Source of the DNA: an uncultured Candidatus Saccharibacteria bacterium
GTDB lineage: Bacteria; Patescibacteriota; Minisyncoccia; Phycocordibacterales; UBA2100
Reading direction: 5' to 3'
Length of the DNA stretch: 64,000 nt
Assembly (NCBI GenBank): GCA_964623775.1
Contig: CAZUVH010000005.1
Location: 1,546-65,545 of the forward strand
Part shown: one piece after another, positions 54,876 to 64,000 of the stretch
Numbering within the stretch: position 1 is the first letter of the stretch
How the letters are laid out: the number at the start of each line of letters is the position of its first letter
Notes under the pieces: generated by a model
What the model was told of the DNA's origin: nothing
What the model saw: the letters and a program-made list of their open reading frames with translations, nothing else
Database searches by the model: none
Made by a program: the position numbers and the translations under genes

Positions 54876-56876
54876 ATGAACAAAATATTTCTTCGCTCAT
54901 TGGCGCTCGCCTTTGCGCTCATCTTTATTGTTGCGATACAGCCGGTATCTGCGCAGCTACTTCCACGAGTCGAAGACAACGCGCGTCCGGAAGTAAAAGG
55001 GGTAAAGGTTTCCCTCGAGGAAGATCACACTCATCCCGAAATCGACAGGAAAAAAATCACGAAACCCGACGGAAGCAATGCGAGCGGGGAAACAATGCAG
55101 TCCCGACAAAAAGAGCAGCCGCGTGCAGGGGCACGTCTTCAGGTCGCGCCGCTCGCCTCTGAGCCCGCCTCATCGGCACAGGCTTCGTCGCCGCAACCCT
55201 CCGCAATTTCCGCTGCGGAAGTACCCAACCTGATCAGTAACCCTGACCTCGAGACGGCCGGCTCCCCCGGATTGCCGCAGAGTTGGCAAAAGGGTGGCTA
55301 TGGGGCCAATACGCGCACACTCACCTATCCGGTCACGAGCATGAACGGCACGAAATCCATTGAGGTCGCAATTACGAGCTATACGGGTGGCGATGCGAAA
55401 TGGTTTTTCAACGATGTGGGTGTAAGCGGTGGAAGTACGTACGAGTTTTCTGACGACTATAAATCGAGCACGCAATCGTACGTAACGGTGCGATTCGCGT
55501 TCCCCAACGGCACCTTCACATACCACGGCATAGCGACATTGCCGCCAAGCGCGACCGTACAGCGCTACACGGGTCAATTTACCGCCCCTGCTGGCGCGAC
55601 ATCAGCTACCGTCTTTCACCTCATACAAAGTGTGGGCACGCTCTCTACCGACAATTATTCTCTGACGGCTGTCGGTTCAAATCCGCCACCACCCCCCCCG
55701 CCCCCGCCTCCCCCTACATCCGGCAACCTCATCCCCAACGGCAATTTCGAAACAACGGGTACCAACGGCTTGCCGACAGGATGGGCCACCGGAAAATGGG
55801 GCACGAACAATGCAGTATTTGCGTACCCGGTCGCGGGGCCTGAGGGATCGAAGGCCGCACGCGTCTCGATGACGACACGCACAAGCGGAGACGCGAAGTG
55901 GCATTTCACGCCACTCGCCCTCTCTGCCGGCCCCTATACGTATAGTAATCAATACAGCGCCGACGTGCCGACCTTCATGACCGTACAATTTCAAAATTCA
56001 AGCGGAGGTCTCTCCTATCTCGATATCGGCACACTGCCAGCCTCAAGCGGATGGAACGCTGCGACTGCCAACTTCACGGTACCCGCAGGCACAACCAACG
56101 TGACTGTTTTCCACCTCCTCAATCGCCCCGGGTCTCTCACGATCGATAATGTGAGTCTCACCGGAGACGGCACACCCCCGCCACCACCCCCTCCTGGCGG
56201 CAATATCTTCGACACAGGTGCGGTCACGCTGCGATTCGATGACAACCGCATTTCACAGCAGAACAACGCACTCCCGAAATTAAATTCTGCCGGACTCAAG
56301 GGAACGTTCTACGTCGTCTCGAGACAAAACGCAGACTTCGGTTTCTCGGGCTACATGTCGATCGCGCAGATCAAGGCAGCAGCAGCGCAGGGTCACGAAA
56401 TCGGAGCGCACACGCGTACTCATGCCGATCTCGCCGCACTCTCCAGCTCGCAGCAATTGCAGGAAATCCAGGGCGCTCGGCAAGACATCATCGGATGGGG
56501 TGGCACGGGACCGGTGGGCTCATTCGCCTATCCGTTTGGCTCATATACGGCGACGACTATTCAGATCGTGAAAAATGCGGGATTCACAAGCGCAGCCGCG
56601 ACGATCGACGGTCACGTGACACTTTCATCTGACCCCTACCAGCTTGAGCGTAGACCGGTCAATTCGAATATTTCACTCACTCAGCTCAAGCAGTGGATCG
56701 ATCAAGCAGACGCGAACAACACATGGCTCATTCTCGGCATTCACGATGTCTTACCGAGTTGCGGCAGCAACCTCTACTGCACGACCACAACGACCTTCAA
56801 TGCGATGATCGACTACCTTGTTCAAAAAGGTGTTCCTGTCGTGACGACTGCAGAGGGAATCCAGTCACTCCAGTAA
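54876..56876 (+). CDS. secreted polysaccharide deacetylase with two CBM-like repeats
   Basis: Repeated NLI.N...E...GDAKW domains; poly-Pro linkers; TLRFDD, HEIGAHTRTH, FAYPFG, HDV. Confidence 0.9.
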   Translation: MNKIFLRSLALAFALIFIVAIQPVSAQLLPRVEDNARPEVKGVKVSLEEDHTHPEIDRKKITKPDGSNASGETMQSRQKEQPRAGARLQVAPLASEPASSAQASSPQPSAISAAEVPNLISNPDLETAGSPGLPQSWQKGGYGANTRTLTYPVTSMNGTKSIEVAITSYTGGDAKWFFNDVGVSGGSTYEFSDDYKSSTQSYVTVRFAFPNGTFTYHGIATLPPSATVQRYTGQFTAPAGATSATVFHLIQSVGTLSTDNYSLTAVGSNPPPPPPPPPPPTSGNLIPNGNFETTGTNGLPTGWATGKWGTNNAVFAYPVAGPEGSKAARVSMTTRTSGDAKWHFTPLALSAGPYTYSNQYSADVPTFMTVQFQNSSGGLSYLDIGTLPASSGWNAATANFTVPAGTTNVTVFHLLNRPGSLTIDNVSLTGDGTPPPPPPPGGNIFDTGAVTLRFDDNRISQQNNALPKLNSAGLKGTFYVVSRQNADFGFSGYMSIAQIKAAAAQGHEIGAHTRTHADLAALSSSQQLQEIQGARQDIIGWGGTGPVGSFAYPFGSYTATTIQIVKNAGFTSAAATIDGHVTLSSDPYQLERRPVNSNISLTQLKQWIDQADANNTWLILGIHDVLPSCGSNLYCTTTTTFNAMIDYLVQKGVPVVTTAEGIQSLQ

Positions 56877-56881
56877 GTTTC

Positions 56882-57001
56882 AAGTTTGAGAAAATTGATG
56901 AGATGCGAGGCGCGGAGAATGCGGCGCGCGAGTCGTATAGTGTATACGATGAGCGCGACGCAGAGCTCTGCAACGACGCAGCTCGCGATTTTATCAAACT
57001 T
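56882..57001. mobile_element. ~120-bp MITE-like palindromic element between convergent genes
   Basis: Imperfect terminal inverted repeats AAGTTTGAGAAAAT / ATTTTATCAAACTT; central hairpin TCGTATA-GTG-TATACGA. Confidence 0.65.
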
Positions 57002-59069
57002 ATATTCTAAGCACGCTTAATAAACTAGTGTAGTCGTCGGTCCACAGTGGCGCCTGCTTCACATCAGGCGGCAAGAACAAGTGGGCATCAGTAAATACGG
57101 GTGCGGCAAAGGCCTTGGGATCTTTCACGAGCAATACCCACACTGAGGGCGTGCCCATCTCGCTCGATGATCCGGAATCTCGTATGATTTTTCCGGTAAA
57201 TCCGAGCTGCAGCGCGATTTTGAGTACCACGGGTGGCAAATCAAGGTAACGATTCGATGTGTGGACGGCGATGATGCTCTGCGGCGAGCGCAAATGCGAT
57301 GCGTACATCGCGAATGCTTGATACGTAAGGAGGTGCACCGGAATTGTGTCGTCGGTGAAAGCGTCGAGGACGAGTATGTCATACTCTCCTTTTTGCTCAT
57401 CGCGCAGCTCTTGTTCAAGACTCAGTCGGCCATCGCCCATGTGGACGTCGATTCCGTCACAATTCTGTAGATAGCTGAAATTCGTTCGTGCGATCTGTAC
57501 GATGCGCGGATCAATCTCGTAATAGACAAACGTGTCTCCAGGACGGCAATAGGCGGCGATCGATCCGGTACCGAGCCCGACAATGCCGGCGCGCAAATCC
57601 CCGTCCTTGCCAGCGCCCCTGCGAAGCGATAGCTCATACAGCATCGCACGACCGAAACCGCTGCTGGGCACGTAATAGCCGCTCGGCGCGTGTTGCCACT
57701 CCTTCATGCGTGATTGATACCCATGGATCGTCGAACCATGCATGAGAACCGTCATCTGGTCCTGGAAGCGCACTTTCACCGCTCCGTAGAAATTGCGCGA
57801 AGCGATAAATGGCGCACCGGTGTCCGTATACATGAGATTGAAAAAGAGCCCGAACGAGAGGAGCCCAAACGCGATTTTGATTAATCGTATGTTGCCCGCA
57901 TCCAGAATTCTTGGAAAAAAATCTTCGGAAAGTTTCCATCCGGCGAGAGCGGCGATGATCGCCATACACAGCGTAAATTCCCAAAAGTCGGTAAATATGA
58001 CCGGCGCGAGGATACTGCCCAAGAGGATGCCGAGCATGCCGCCAAAAGATATAAGGAGATAAAAAAGCGGCAGTCGCTGTACCGAAGGACGTGATCGGTA
58101 AAGCTCGGCACTGAAAAAAAGGCTCCCCAAGAAAAGAAGTGCGAGGTTCGCACCAACCTCGTATGAGACGAAAAACGGGCCCGCCCCGCGATAATCGTAT
58201 GCAAAGTACAGCGAGACGAGAACGAGCGCTGGCACGTATATCGACTGCCCTCTACCTCCAAACGCGAGAATAAGCGCGCCGAGGTAGAGCATGAGCGGCA
58301 TGATCCACAAGAGCGGCACGGGGGCGACCGTCTGCGTGATCGTCGTGGTCGTCGCAAGCAGGAGCAATGCCGGGATCGCTGCGTACGCCACCCACATGAG
58401 TGCGGTGCGCGCGTGTACAGCCGGCGCCTGCATACGTTGTGCTCGACTCACGTTCGATGAATTGCGCAGAAATTTCAGTGTAATGACGAGCGTGACGATG
58501 GTGTATGCGACAAAGAGCACCGTCCAGATGCCCTTCTCGCTTGAAAGCGGTATGAAGGGCTCGATAAGAAAAATGTATCCAATAAGCGCGAGGAGTGAAC
58601 CTGCATTCGAGAGTGCATACAGTTTATAGGGCTCGCTATCTGATGTGAGCCCATACCAATACTGGAGAAGCGGCCCTGTCGTCGAAAGTAAAAAATACGG
58701 CGCTCCGATCATTACAAAAAGCGCAAAGAGTACCCCAATCGCCGGCGAATCATTCACAAACGCAAGTACTTGCGTTTGTGAAAAGAGAGATGCTATCGAC
58801 AAAAAAAGAGCGAACGCGACGACGCAGGCATGGATGATCGCCTGTTTCCTGCCGTCATACATGGCGAGCACATACACGTACGCGTAGCCAACGAATAGCA
58901 TGCCGGTGAAAAAAAGGAGGCTTGTCGCCCACACCGAAGACGACCCGCCAAAGTACGGCAGTAAGTACTTCCCTGCGATCGGCTGTATGACGAAAAGCAG
59001 AAATGCGCTCAAAAAGATGGTGAGCGCATACATGAGATACGTGGTAGAGAGCCGCTCCTTGATCGACAT
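57000..59069 (-). CDS. membrane-fused spermidine-synthase-like SAM-dependent protein
   Basis: Many TM helices; GLGTG, YEIDP, GDGR, DAF....P.HL, WTDD. Confidence 0.88.
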   Translation of the reverse strand: MSIKERLSTTYLMYALTIFLSAFLLFVIQPIAGKYLLPYFGGSSSVWATSLLFFTGMLFVGYAYVYVLAMYDGRKQAIIHACVVAFALFLSIASLFSQTQVLAFVNDSPAIGVLFALFVMIGAPYFLLSTTGPLLQYWYGLTSDSEPYKLYALSNAGSLLALIGYIFLIEPFIPLSSEKGIWTVLFVAYTIVTLVITLKFLRNSSNVSRAQRMQAPAVHARTALMWVAYAAIPALLLLATTTTITQTVAPVPLLWIMPLMLYLGALILAFGGRGQSIYVPALVLVSLYFAYDYRGAGPFFVSYEVGANLALLFLGSLFFSAELYRSRPSVQRLPLFYLLISFGGMLGILLGSILAPVIFTDFWEFTLCMAIIAALAGWKLSEDFFPRILDAGNIRLIKIAFGLLSFGLFFNLMYTDTGAPFIASRNFYGAVKVRFQDQMTVLMHGSTIHGYQSRMKEWQHAPSGYYVPSSGFGRAMLYELSLRRGAGKDGDLRAGIVGLGTGSIAAYCRPGDTFVYYEIDPRIVQIARTNFSYLQNCDGIDVHMGDGRLSLEQELRDEQKGEYDILVLDAFTDDTIPVHLLTYQAFAMYASHLRSPQSIIAVHTSNRYLDLPPVVLKIALQLGFTGKIIRDSGSSSEMGTPSVWVLLVKDPKAFAAPVFTDAHLFLPPDVKQAPLWTDDYTSLLSVLRI

Positions 59070-59130
59070 AGTAGAAGCAGTGTACACGAAAAAAAGCCCT
59101 GCTGTCGGCAGGGCTTTCGATTGAGTCAAT

Positions 59131-59772
59131 TCACCAAGGAGTTTCCTCTTGCTCCAGCAGAGTGAGCGGATCTCCCCGCTCAATACGATGTTGCCGTACA
59201 AATTCAATCAAGTCCGAGGGTTGAATCATGTCATTAGAATTTTCGGCATTCATCGAGTCGGCATATTCAAGCAATCGATCCAAGACCTCGAAGATCCCTT
59301 CGCGCACCGTAGCTGGACCCACCCAACCTGCCGCGATTTTGTCAGTATTGATTTCATTTTGGACATACGCTTTGCGACTGGCTATTAATTGGAGTCTTGC
59401 GAACGCCTCATACCCGCCCTTCAGGTGCGCAAATTCATGCGCAATAATCCCTTCTAGTGCGCGGATTGAAGATCGCTCTACGATAACTGGCGACAATAGT
59501 ATGACGTGAACCGCAGGTGAAGGTTTCTGAAGAAAACCAGCGTTTACGAACGAATAGACACCAGGATACCTTTTGCCCGTCCATTCACACACGAGGTATG
59601 GCTCGGTGATGCCAACCAAGGATCGTACCCGCTTCACCGTTTCGTGAACTCGTGCATTTGAGCTCTCTTGGACTTTCATTCCCTCCAACTGCCCAATTCC
59701 AAAAAGCGGACAGTCGTCCGCAAACGCGGGCGCAGTGAGTAGTGCAAAGAGAAGTCCGATGATGAGACGCAT
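59131..59772 (-). CDS. secreted M48-like zinc metallopeptidase
   Basis: Signal peptide; IAHEFAH and E..TD. Confidence 0.7.
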   Translation of the reverse strand: MRLIIGLLFALLTAPAFADDCPLFGIGQLEGMKVQESSNARVHETVKRVRSLVGITEPYLVCEWTGKRYPGVYSFVNAGFLQKPSPAVHVILLSPVIVERSSIRALEGIIAHEFAHLKGGYEAFARLQLIASRKAYVQNEINTDKIAAGWVGPATVREGIFEVLDRLLEYADSMNAENSNDMIQPSDLIEFVRQHRIERGDPLTLLEQEETPW

Positions 59773-59902
59773 CTCCCATCTCCCTATAACTATTGACTGC
59801 CGACACAGTAGAACAATGTCTGCATTTGGTCAATTTTGACAAACCAACCTCAGGTGCGACCATTCAGGTCAGATAAAATTGTCCAACCTTGAGGAGATCC
59901 CG

Positions 59903-60508
59903 ATGAAAATTCTCGGCTTCGATGGTTCTACGCACAAACGCGGTGGATCCGTCACGCGCCTACTTCACGAAGCGCTCAAAGCTGCGGCCGATGAGGCACC
60001 GCATTTCGGCGAGACTGTATCGTCCGAAATAATCACCCTGCTCGATGTCTGCGAACAGCCCGACGTCCCCTTCTACGATTACAAAATCCCGGGACAACCC
60101 GACCCCGTCAAAGCGATATTCGAAAAAATGCGCGACGCAGACGGATTTATATTCGCAACGCCGGTCAATTGGTACAACGTGAGCTCGCCGATGAAATTCT
60201 TCATCGACTGGCTCACTGACCTCGTGGATCCGGAGTGGCAAGACGTCATGGAAGGAAAGCCGGCCGGAATCATCGCGCATTGCAACGATGACGGCGGCAA
60301 TCAAGCTGCAATGAGTATGATGGCTCCGCTCTTTCATTTTGGAGCAGCGTTTGGTCCGTATGCCCCCTTTTATCGCAACGAACTTGCGGCCGAGAAAAGC
60401 GCGGATAGGTGGCAGATGACTCACCAACTACTCGTGGGTCAAAATGTCGTCCGGATGATTGCATGCCTGCGGCACAACCACCGCGGCTGGCATTTGACGG
60501 ACGAGTAA
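59903..60508 (+). CDS. flavodoxin-like NADPH-dependent FMN reductase family protein
   Basis: GS....G.T, ADGFIFATPV.W, MK.FID, GKPAG. Confidence 0.88.
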   Translation: MKILGFDGSTHKRGGSVTRLLHEALKAAADEAPHFGETVSSEIITLLDVCEQPDVPFYDYKIPGQPDPVKAIFEKMRDADGFIFATPVNWYNVSSPMKFFIDWLTDLVDPEWQDVMEGKPAGIIAHCNDDGGNQAAMSMMAPLFHFGAAFGPYAPFYRNELAAEKSADRWQMTHQLLVGQNVVRMIACLRHNHRGWHLTDE

Positions 60509-60592
60509 TCGATCCGCCGTGTCTCAGATGACACGGCGGTTTTCCTTTTTCGCGTCTTTACCAAATGAGAGGAAGCTCTTAGGATGATTCAT

Positions 60593-61270
60593 ATGCCTAC
60601 GGCTACTGACGAGAAAAAGTGGGACATGCTCAAGCACGGCATGCACATATGCTCGATCTATCGGAATCACGAGGAGCAATTTTCTCCGATTCTCCCCTTT
60701 TTCCGATACGGATTCGACAACAAAGAAAAGTGTGTGTATGTCTTCGACCAGGAGCCTCCGCAGCCGATCTATACAGAGTTTGATCACGTCCAGAATTTTC
60801 CCCGCGACTTCAAAACTGCGCGGCAGATCGAGGTGATCCCCTATGAAGACGTCTACACAAAGGAGGGGGCTTTTGACCCCGACAAGACAATGTCGCTTTT
60901 CAACGAAAGTGTCACCCACTCTCATGATCAGGGTTATTCCGGCTTGCGGGTGGCAGGAGAGATGGGTTGGACGCTTTTGAGTGGTACGCCGATATCGAAA
61001 CTCATCCAGTACGAATTAAAGCTCAATACTTTCTTTCCGAACAAGGACCTCATCGGCATATGTCAGTATCATGAAGCGAGTTTTGATCGCGACATCCTCA
61101 CCGACATAATCTGCACCCACCCGTATGTCATCCTCTATGGCAAAATCTATGAAAATAAATATTTTTATACGAGCCCCGAATACGTGCACAATCCCTCGCG
61201 GAAGCTGCGGCCGGAATACTACGAAACGATGGTCTCGATATTACTCGAGCAAGAGCCGATGATCGGTTGA
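60593..61270 (+). CDS. stand-alone MEDS sensory-domain protein
   Basis: HICSIY, EKCVY, GLRVAGEM.W, YE..LN, CQY, HP.V. Confidence 0.85.
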   Translation: MPTATDEKKWDMLKHGMHICSIYRNHEEQFSPILPFFRYGFDNKEKCVYVFDQEPPQPIYTEFDHVQNFPRDFKTARQIEVIPYEDVYTKEGAFDPDKTMSLFNESVTHSHDQGYSGLRVAGEMGWTLLSGTPISKLIQYELKLNTFFPNKDLIGICQYHEASFDRDILTDIICTHPYVILYGKIYENKYFYTSPEYVHNPSRKLRPEYYETMVSILLEQEPMIG

Positions 61271-61322
61271 AATTTCAATAAAAAAAGAGCCCTGAGTGGG
61301 GCTCTTAAAGTTGTGCACAGAC

Positions 61323-61934
61323 TCACGCACCGACGCGCTGAGCGAAAGAAAGTTGCGGCTGGGCGTAGAATGCCGCTTTCTCCACCACCTCTTCCATCGT
61401 GTCGTAAATCGGGAATCCAGGCAGCGCGAGCTCGAAGTTACGCTTGATCGTCCGGAGACCCGGAAAATCTTTTTCCGCACCGATCACGACCCGCAGATTC
61501 GGATTGTGCTGCAGATGACCGCGCCACTCGCCGATTTCACCGCGAGTATCCATGGCATACGGCATACCATCGGGACGCTCTTCTTTCTGTGTCGCGAGCC
61601 AGAAAATGACGCAGCCTGTCGGCCACAGCTCTGCCGCCTGCACGAGATAGTGCCGCTCCCAGTCCGTCTGGCGCTCGAAGAAATTCACATCCGATAGAGA
61701 TTGAGCGATGTGGCTGGTCTCCCTTTCGAGGTACTCGTGATACTTGTAGTGTGGGTGCGAAGACGCGTAGCGACTCGGATTGACTACGATCAGATCATTG
61801 AGCCGCTTCTTCAACATCTCCGACATCGGCACATGCCAGTCACCGCCGCCAAGGATCGGACCGGCGAGGAAGAACATCGGGAGCGCGCGAAAGCCGTCCA
61901 AGACGGGGTGCATTTTGGGAAGGACTAAAAACAT
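61323..61934 (-). CDS. nucleoside 2-deoxyribosyltransferase-like protein
   Basis: FLAGPI....DW, NP, QTDWE...L, IFW, T..E.GE. Confidence 0.7.
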   Translation of the reverse strand: MFLVLPKMHPVLDGFRALPMFFLAGPILGGGDWHVPMSEMLKKRLNDLIVVNPSRYASSHPHYKYHEYLERETSHIAQSLSDVNFFERQTDWERHYLVQAAELWPTGCVIFWLATQKEERPDGMPYAMDTRGEIGEWRGHLQHNPNLRVVIGAEKDFPGLRTIKRNFELALPGFPIYDTMEEVVEKAAFYAQPQLSFAQRVGA

Positions 61935-62048
61935 GCGTACAAATCCTTTGCGTGATTTCTGCCAGCACTATGACATAAATTTTAGAGTAAATCAAATTTC
62001 GACATCAAGCGGCCCGATCGAAAATTACGATTTGGTATACTGACTCAT

Positions 62049-62531
62049 ATGAACACACAACCCAAGAATACGATTAGCCTCTGGTTTGAAAAAGACGCAC
62101 TTGCCGCGGCAGAATTTTATGCTGCCACTTTTCCTGATAGCAAGGTTGGCGCCGTTTTCCATGCACCCTCTGATTTTCCGGGCGGCAAGGCGGGCGACGT
62201 GCTGACGGTGGAATTTACCGTATGTGGTATCCCCTGCATTGGTATCAATGGTGGGCCGGTCTTCAAGCAGTCTGAGGCTTTCTCTTTTCAGATCGCGACG
62301 GATGATCAGGAGGAAACGGATCGCTACTGGAATGCGATCGTCGGCAATGGCGGTCAGGAAAGCGCATGCGGCTGGTGCAAGGACAAATGGGGTCTGTCTT
62401 GGCAGATCACTCCGCGCGTATTGACTGAAGCAATGGCTGCAGGCGGAGCCGAGGCAAAGCGCGCCTTCGATGCGATGATGACAATGCAAAAAATTGACGT
62501 CGCCGCGATAGAGGCGGCTCGCAGAGGCTAA
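62049..62531 (+). CDS. VOC family protein (3-demethylubiquinone-9 3-methyltransferase-like)
   Basis: AAEFY, NGGP.F, QEETD.YW, CGWCKDKWGLSWQI. Confidence 0.92.
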   Translation: MNTQPKNTISLWFEKDALAAAEFYAATFPDSKVGAVFHAPSDFPGGKAGDVLTVEFTVCGIPCIGINGGPVFKQSEAFSFQIATDDQEETDRYWNAIVGNGGQESACGWCKDKWGLSWQITPRVLTEAMAAGGAEAKRAFDAMMTMQKIDVAAIEAARRG

Positions 62532-62545
62532 GCTTCGTATATTCG

Positions 62546-62971
62546 TTATTTTTTTGGAGCGAGTTCCACAGTCCACTCAATACCGTATTTGTCTCTAAAC
62601 ATCGCAAAGTAGGTACCCCAAGGGCTCTGATCCATCGGCATTTCAACCGTCCCACCTGCTGAAAGGCCGCTGAAAATCCTGTCTACTTCCTCTTTGCTTT
62701 CTGCGATAACCGCGATCTTAGACCGATTTTCGTTCTCGTTGACCCGTCCCATGCTTTCCGGAACGTCGTTTGCAATCAAGACGTTGCTGCCGATCGGTAG
62801 AGTGATGCGCATTATTTTATGTGCCTCGTTTTCAGGTACTGGGAACTCGGCGCTTGCTATGTCTTTAAAACGAGTGATTCTCCCGAACTCTCCGCCAAAA
62901 ACGGATTTGTAAAATGTAAACGCTTCCTCGGCATTTCCGTTGAAATTGATGTAGGGATTGATCGTTGCCAT
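62546..62971 (-). CDS. VOC/PhnB-like glyoxalase family protein
   Basis: PYINFNGNAEEAF.FY..VFGG, MP....WG..F....DKYG..W. Confidence 0.92.
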   Translation of the reverse strand: MATINPYINFNGNAEEAFTFYKSVFGGEFGRITRFKDIASAEFPVPENEAHKIMRITLPIGSNVLIANDVPESMGRVNENENRSKIAVIAESKEEVDRIFSGLSAGGTVEMPMDQSPWGTYFAMFRDKYGIEWTVELAPKK

Positions 62972-63031
62972 AATTATTATTTTTTATGAGCTAATTATTT
63001 TTCCTCATAAAAGGATTATATCATTTGAGCC

Positions 63032-63586
63032 TTAAGGGTTGGGATTGTGTTTTTCGTCCCTTTCTTTAAATAAATCATAAGGTACACCTGGCGGGTAAAG
63101 GTCTTTCACCTTTTTTAATATCGTTTGGTAAGTCCCCTCCTCATCTGGAGACCAAAATCCTTTAAATTTTCCAGTGTTAAGGTTCTTACGCGGAAGTCTT
63201 CCGGCAACTATGTAGTATCCAATCCTTTCCAAAATCTCTTCTTCATCATCTGTGAACTGCAGATTCTCTACATCGGCGGCCATTACATTCAAACTGTGTT
63301 GCGAATATTTACCTATCTGTATTTCACCATTACCTGAAGTAATTTTTTTCTGCATGACCAAAAGTCCTTTTAAAAGACATTCTATGCTCATTCCTTTTAG
63401 CATTAAAAGGACTGGCGTGTGATATTGCTTACCATTATTAAAATTTCCGGTTCTATAAGTTTCGGAAGCATGGTCTTCTTTCTCAAGAACTTTGATTGCA
63501 GCTTCTAATCTTTCAGAGTAAATGAGCCATAACCTATAATCAGTTATAAGTTCATCAAACCCTTTTCTTTCATCTATTTCGTTCAT
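63032..63586 (-). CDS. AT-rich hypothetical protein, possibly HEPN-like
   Basis: SIECLLKG...HSL pattern; composition differs from neighbouring genes. Confidence 0.55.
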   Translation of the reverse strand: MNEIDERKGFDELITDYRLWLIYSERLEAAIKVLEKEDHASETYRTGNFNNGKQYHTPVLLMLKGMSIECLLKGLLVMQKKITSGNGEIQIGKYSQHSLNVMAADVENLQFTDDEEEILERIGYYIVAGRLPRKNLNTGKFKGFWSPDEEGTYQTILKKVKDLYPPGVPYDLFKERDEKHNPNP

Positions 63587-63652
63587 GAGGGCACAGGTTG
63601 CAAAGTATTATTGGTGCTTCGCCCCATTATACTCAGCACACATCAACCTTGG

Positions 63653-63737
63653 CTCGCGGTCGCAAGGCGACATCGCTCCGGCCGTCACAAAAGCAGAAAA
63701 ACCTGCAGCAGTGCAGGTTTGTTCTGTAATTTGTGAC
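63653..63737 (-). other. tRNA-3'-linked hairpin plus conserved motif
   Basis: GTCACAAA...TTTGTGAC hairpin, then GCCGGAGCGATGT and CTTGCGACCGCGAG. Confidence 0.55.
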
Positions 63738-63805
63738 CCTACCGGGAATCGAACCCGGGTTAACGCCTTGAAAAGGCGCTGTCCTAACCACTAGACGATA
63801 GGGCC
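63734..63805 (-). tRNA. tRNA-Glu(TTC)
   Basis: GGCCCTATCGTCTAGTGGTTAGGAC...GCGCC-TTTTCAA-GGCGT...GTTCGATTC...TAGGGTCA. Confidence 0.95.
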
Positions 63806-63907
63806 TAAAAACATCCCTACCGTTGGATCGATAGGGCCTTGCGGGACAATATAACGTATTTTCTAATGTTAATAAAGTGTGGTATTTTGGTCAGGTTCGA
63901 CCCAAAA

Positions 63908-63993
63908 GGAGAGGTGGCTGAGTGGTCTAAAGCACCGGTTTCGAAAACCGGCATACTCAAAAGGTATCGAGAGTTCGAATCTCTCCCTCTCCG
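63908..63993 (+). tRNA. tRNA-Ser(CGA)
   Basis: GGAGAGGTGGCTGAGTGG...CCGGT-TTCGAAA-ACCGG, long variable arm, GTTCGAATC. Confidence 0.95.
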
Positions 63994-64000
63994 CAGATTT

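Noticed and set aside
53578-56195. Short tandem repeats (CCGACT/CCAACA runs, poly-C tracts) as contingency loci
   Set aside because: They encode PT and poly-Pro linkers with mixed synonymous codons, and the frames are intact.
1-64000. Prophage or autonomous IS element
   Set aside because: No integrase, transposase, terminase or structural phage genes were recognised in the window.

Overview
A 64-kb bacterial chromosomal segment that looks like Patescibacteria/CPR (Parcubacteria-like). This assignment is inferred from the short IF-2, the VirB2/TrbC-type pilin cluster, the PaaX/Cas2-like ORF, the degenerate HisRS paralog and the many leaderless genes. Core genes (parB, miaA, radC, rpmG, clpB, iscS-like, infB, rbfA, gyrA, rpsA, pth, lepB, rpsU-like, ybeY, ftsA, ftsZ, trxB) and nine tRNA genes are interspersed with small accessory ORFs, a copper nitrite reductase (nirK), GH4/GH1 glycosidases and two secreted glycan-active proteins. 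No CRISPR array, rRNA, integrase or transposase is visible. Five things stand out. (1) A Ro60/TROVE gene is preceded by three tandem Y-RNA-like hairpins with compensatory substitutions, the last abutting its ribosome-binding site. (2) A 30-bp double-hairpin element is inserted in frame, in both orientations, in miaA, rpsA and trxB, and an unrelated perfect 30-bp palindrome sits in ybeY. (3) A PaaX/Cas2-like gene is bracketed exactly by two 37-bp palindromic direct repeats. (4) The 3' ends of rpmG and tRNA-Leu are duplicated in an att-like way. (5) A conserved hairpin-plus-motif element lies behind two different tRNAs. All product calls come from recognising motifs by eye; no searches were run.
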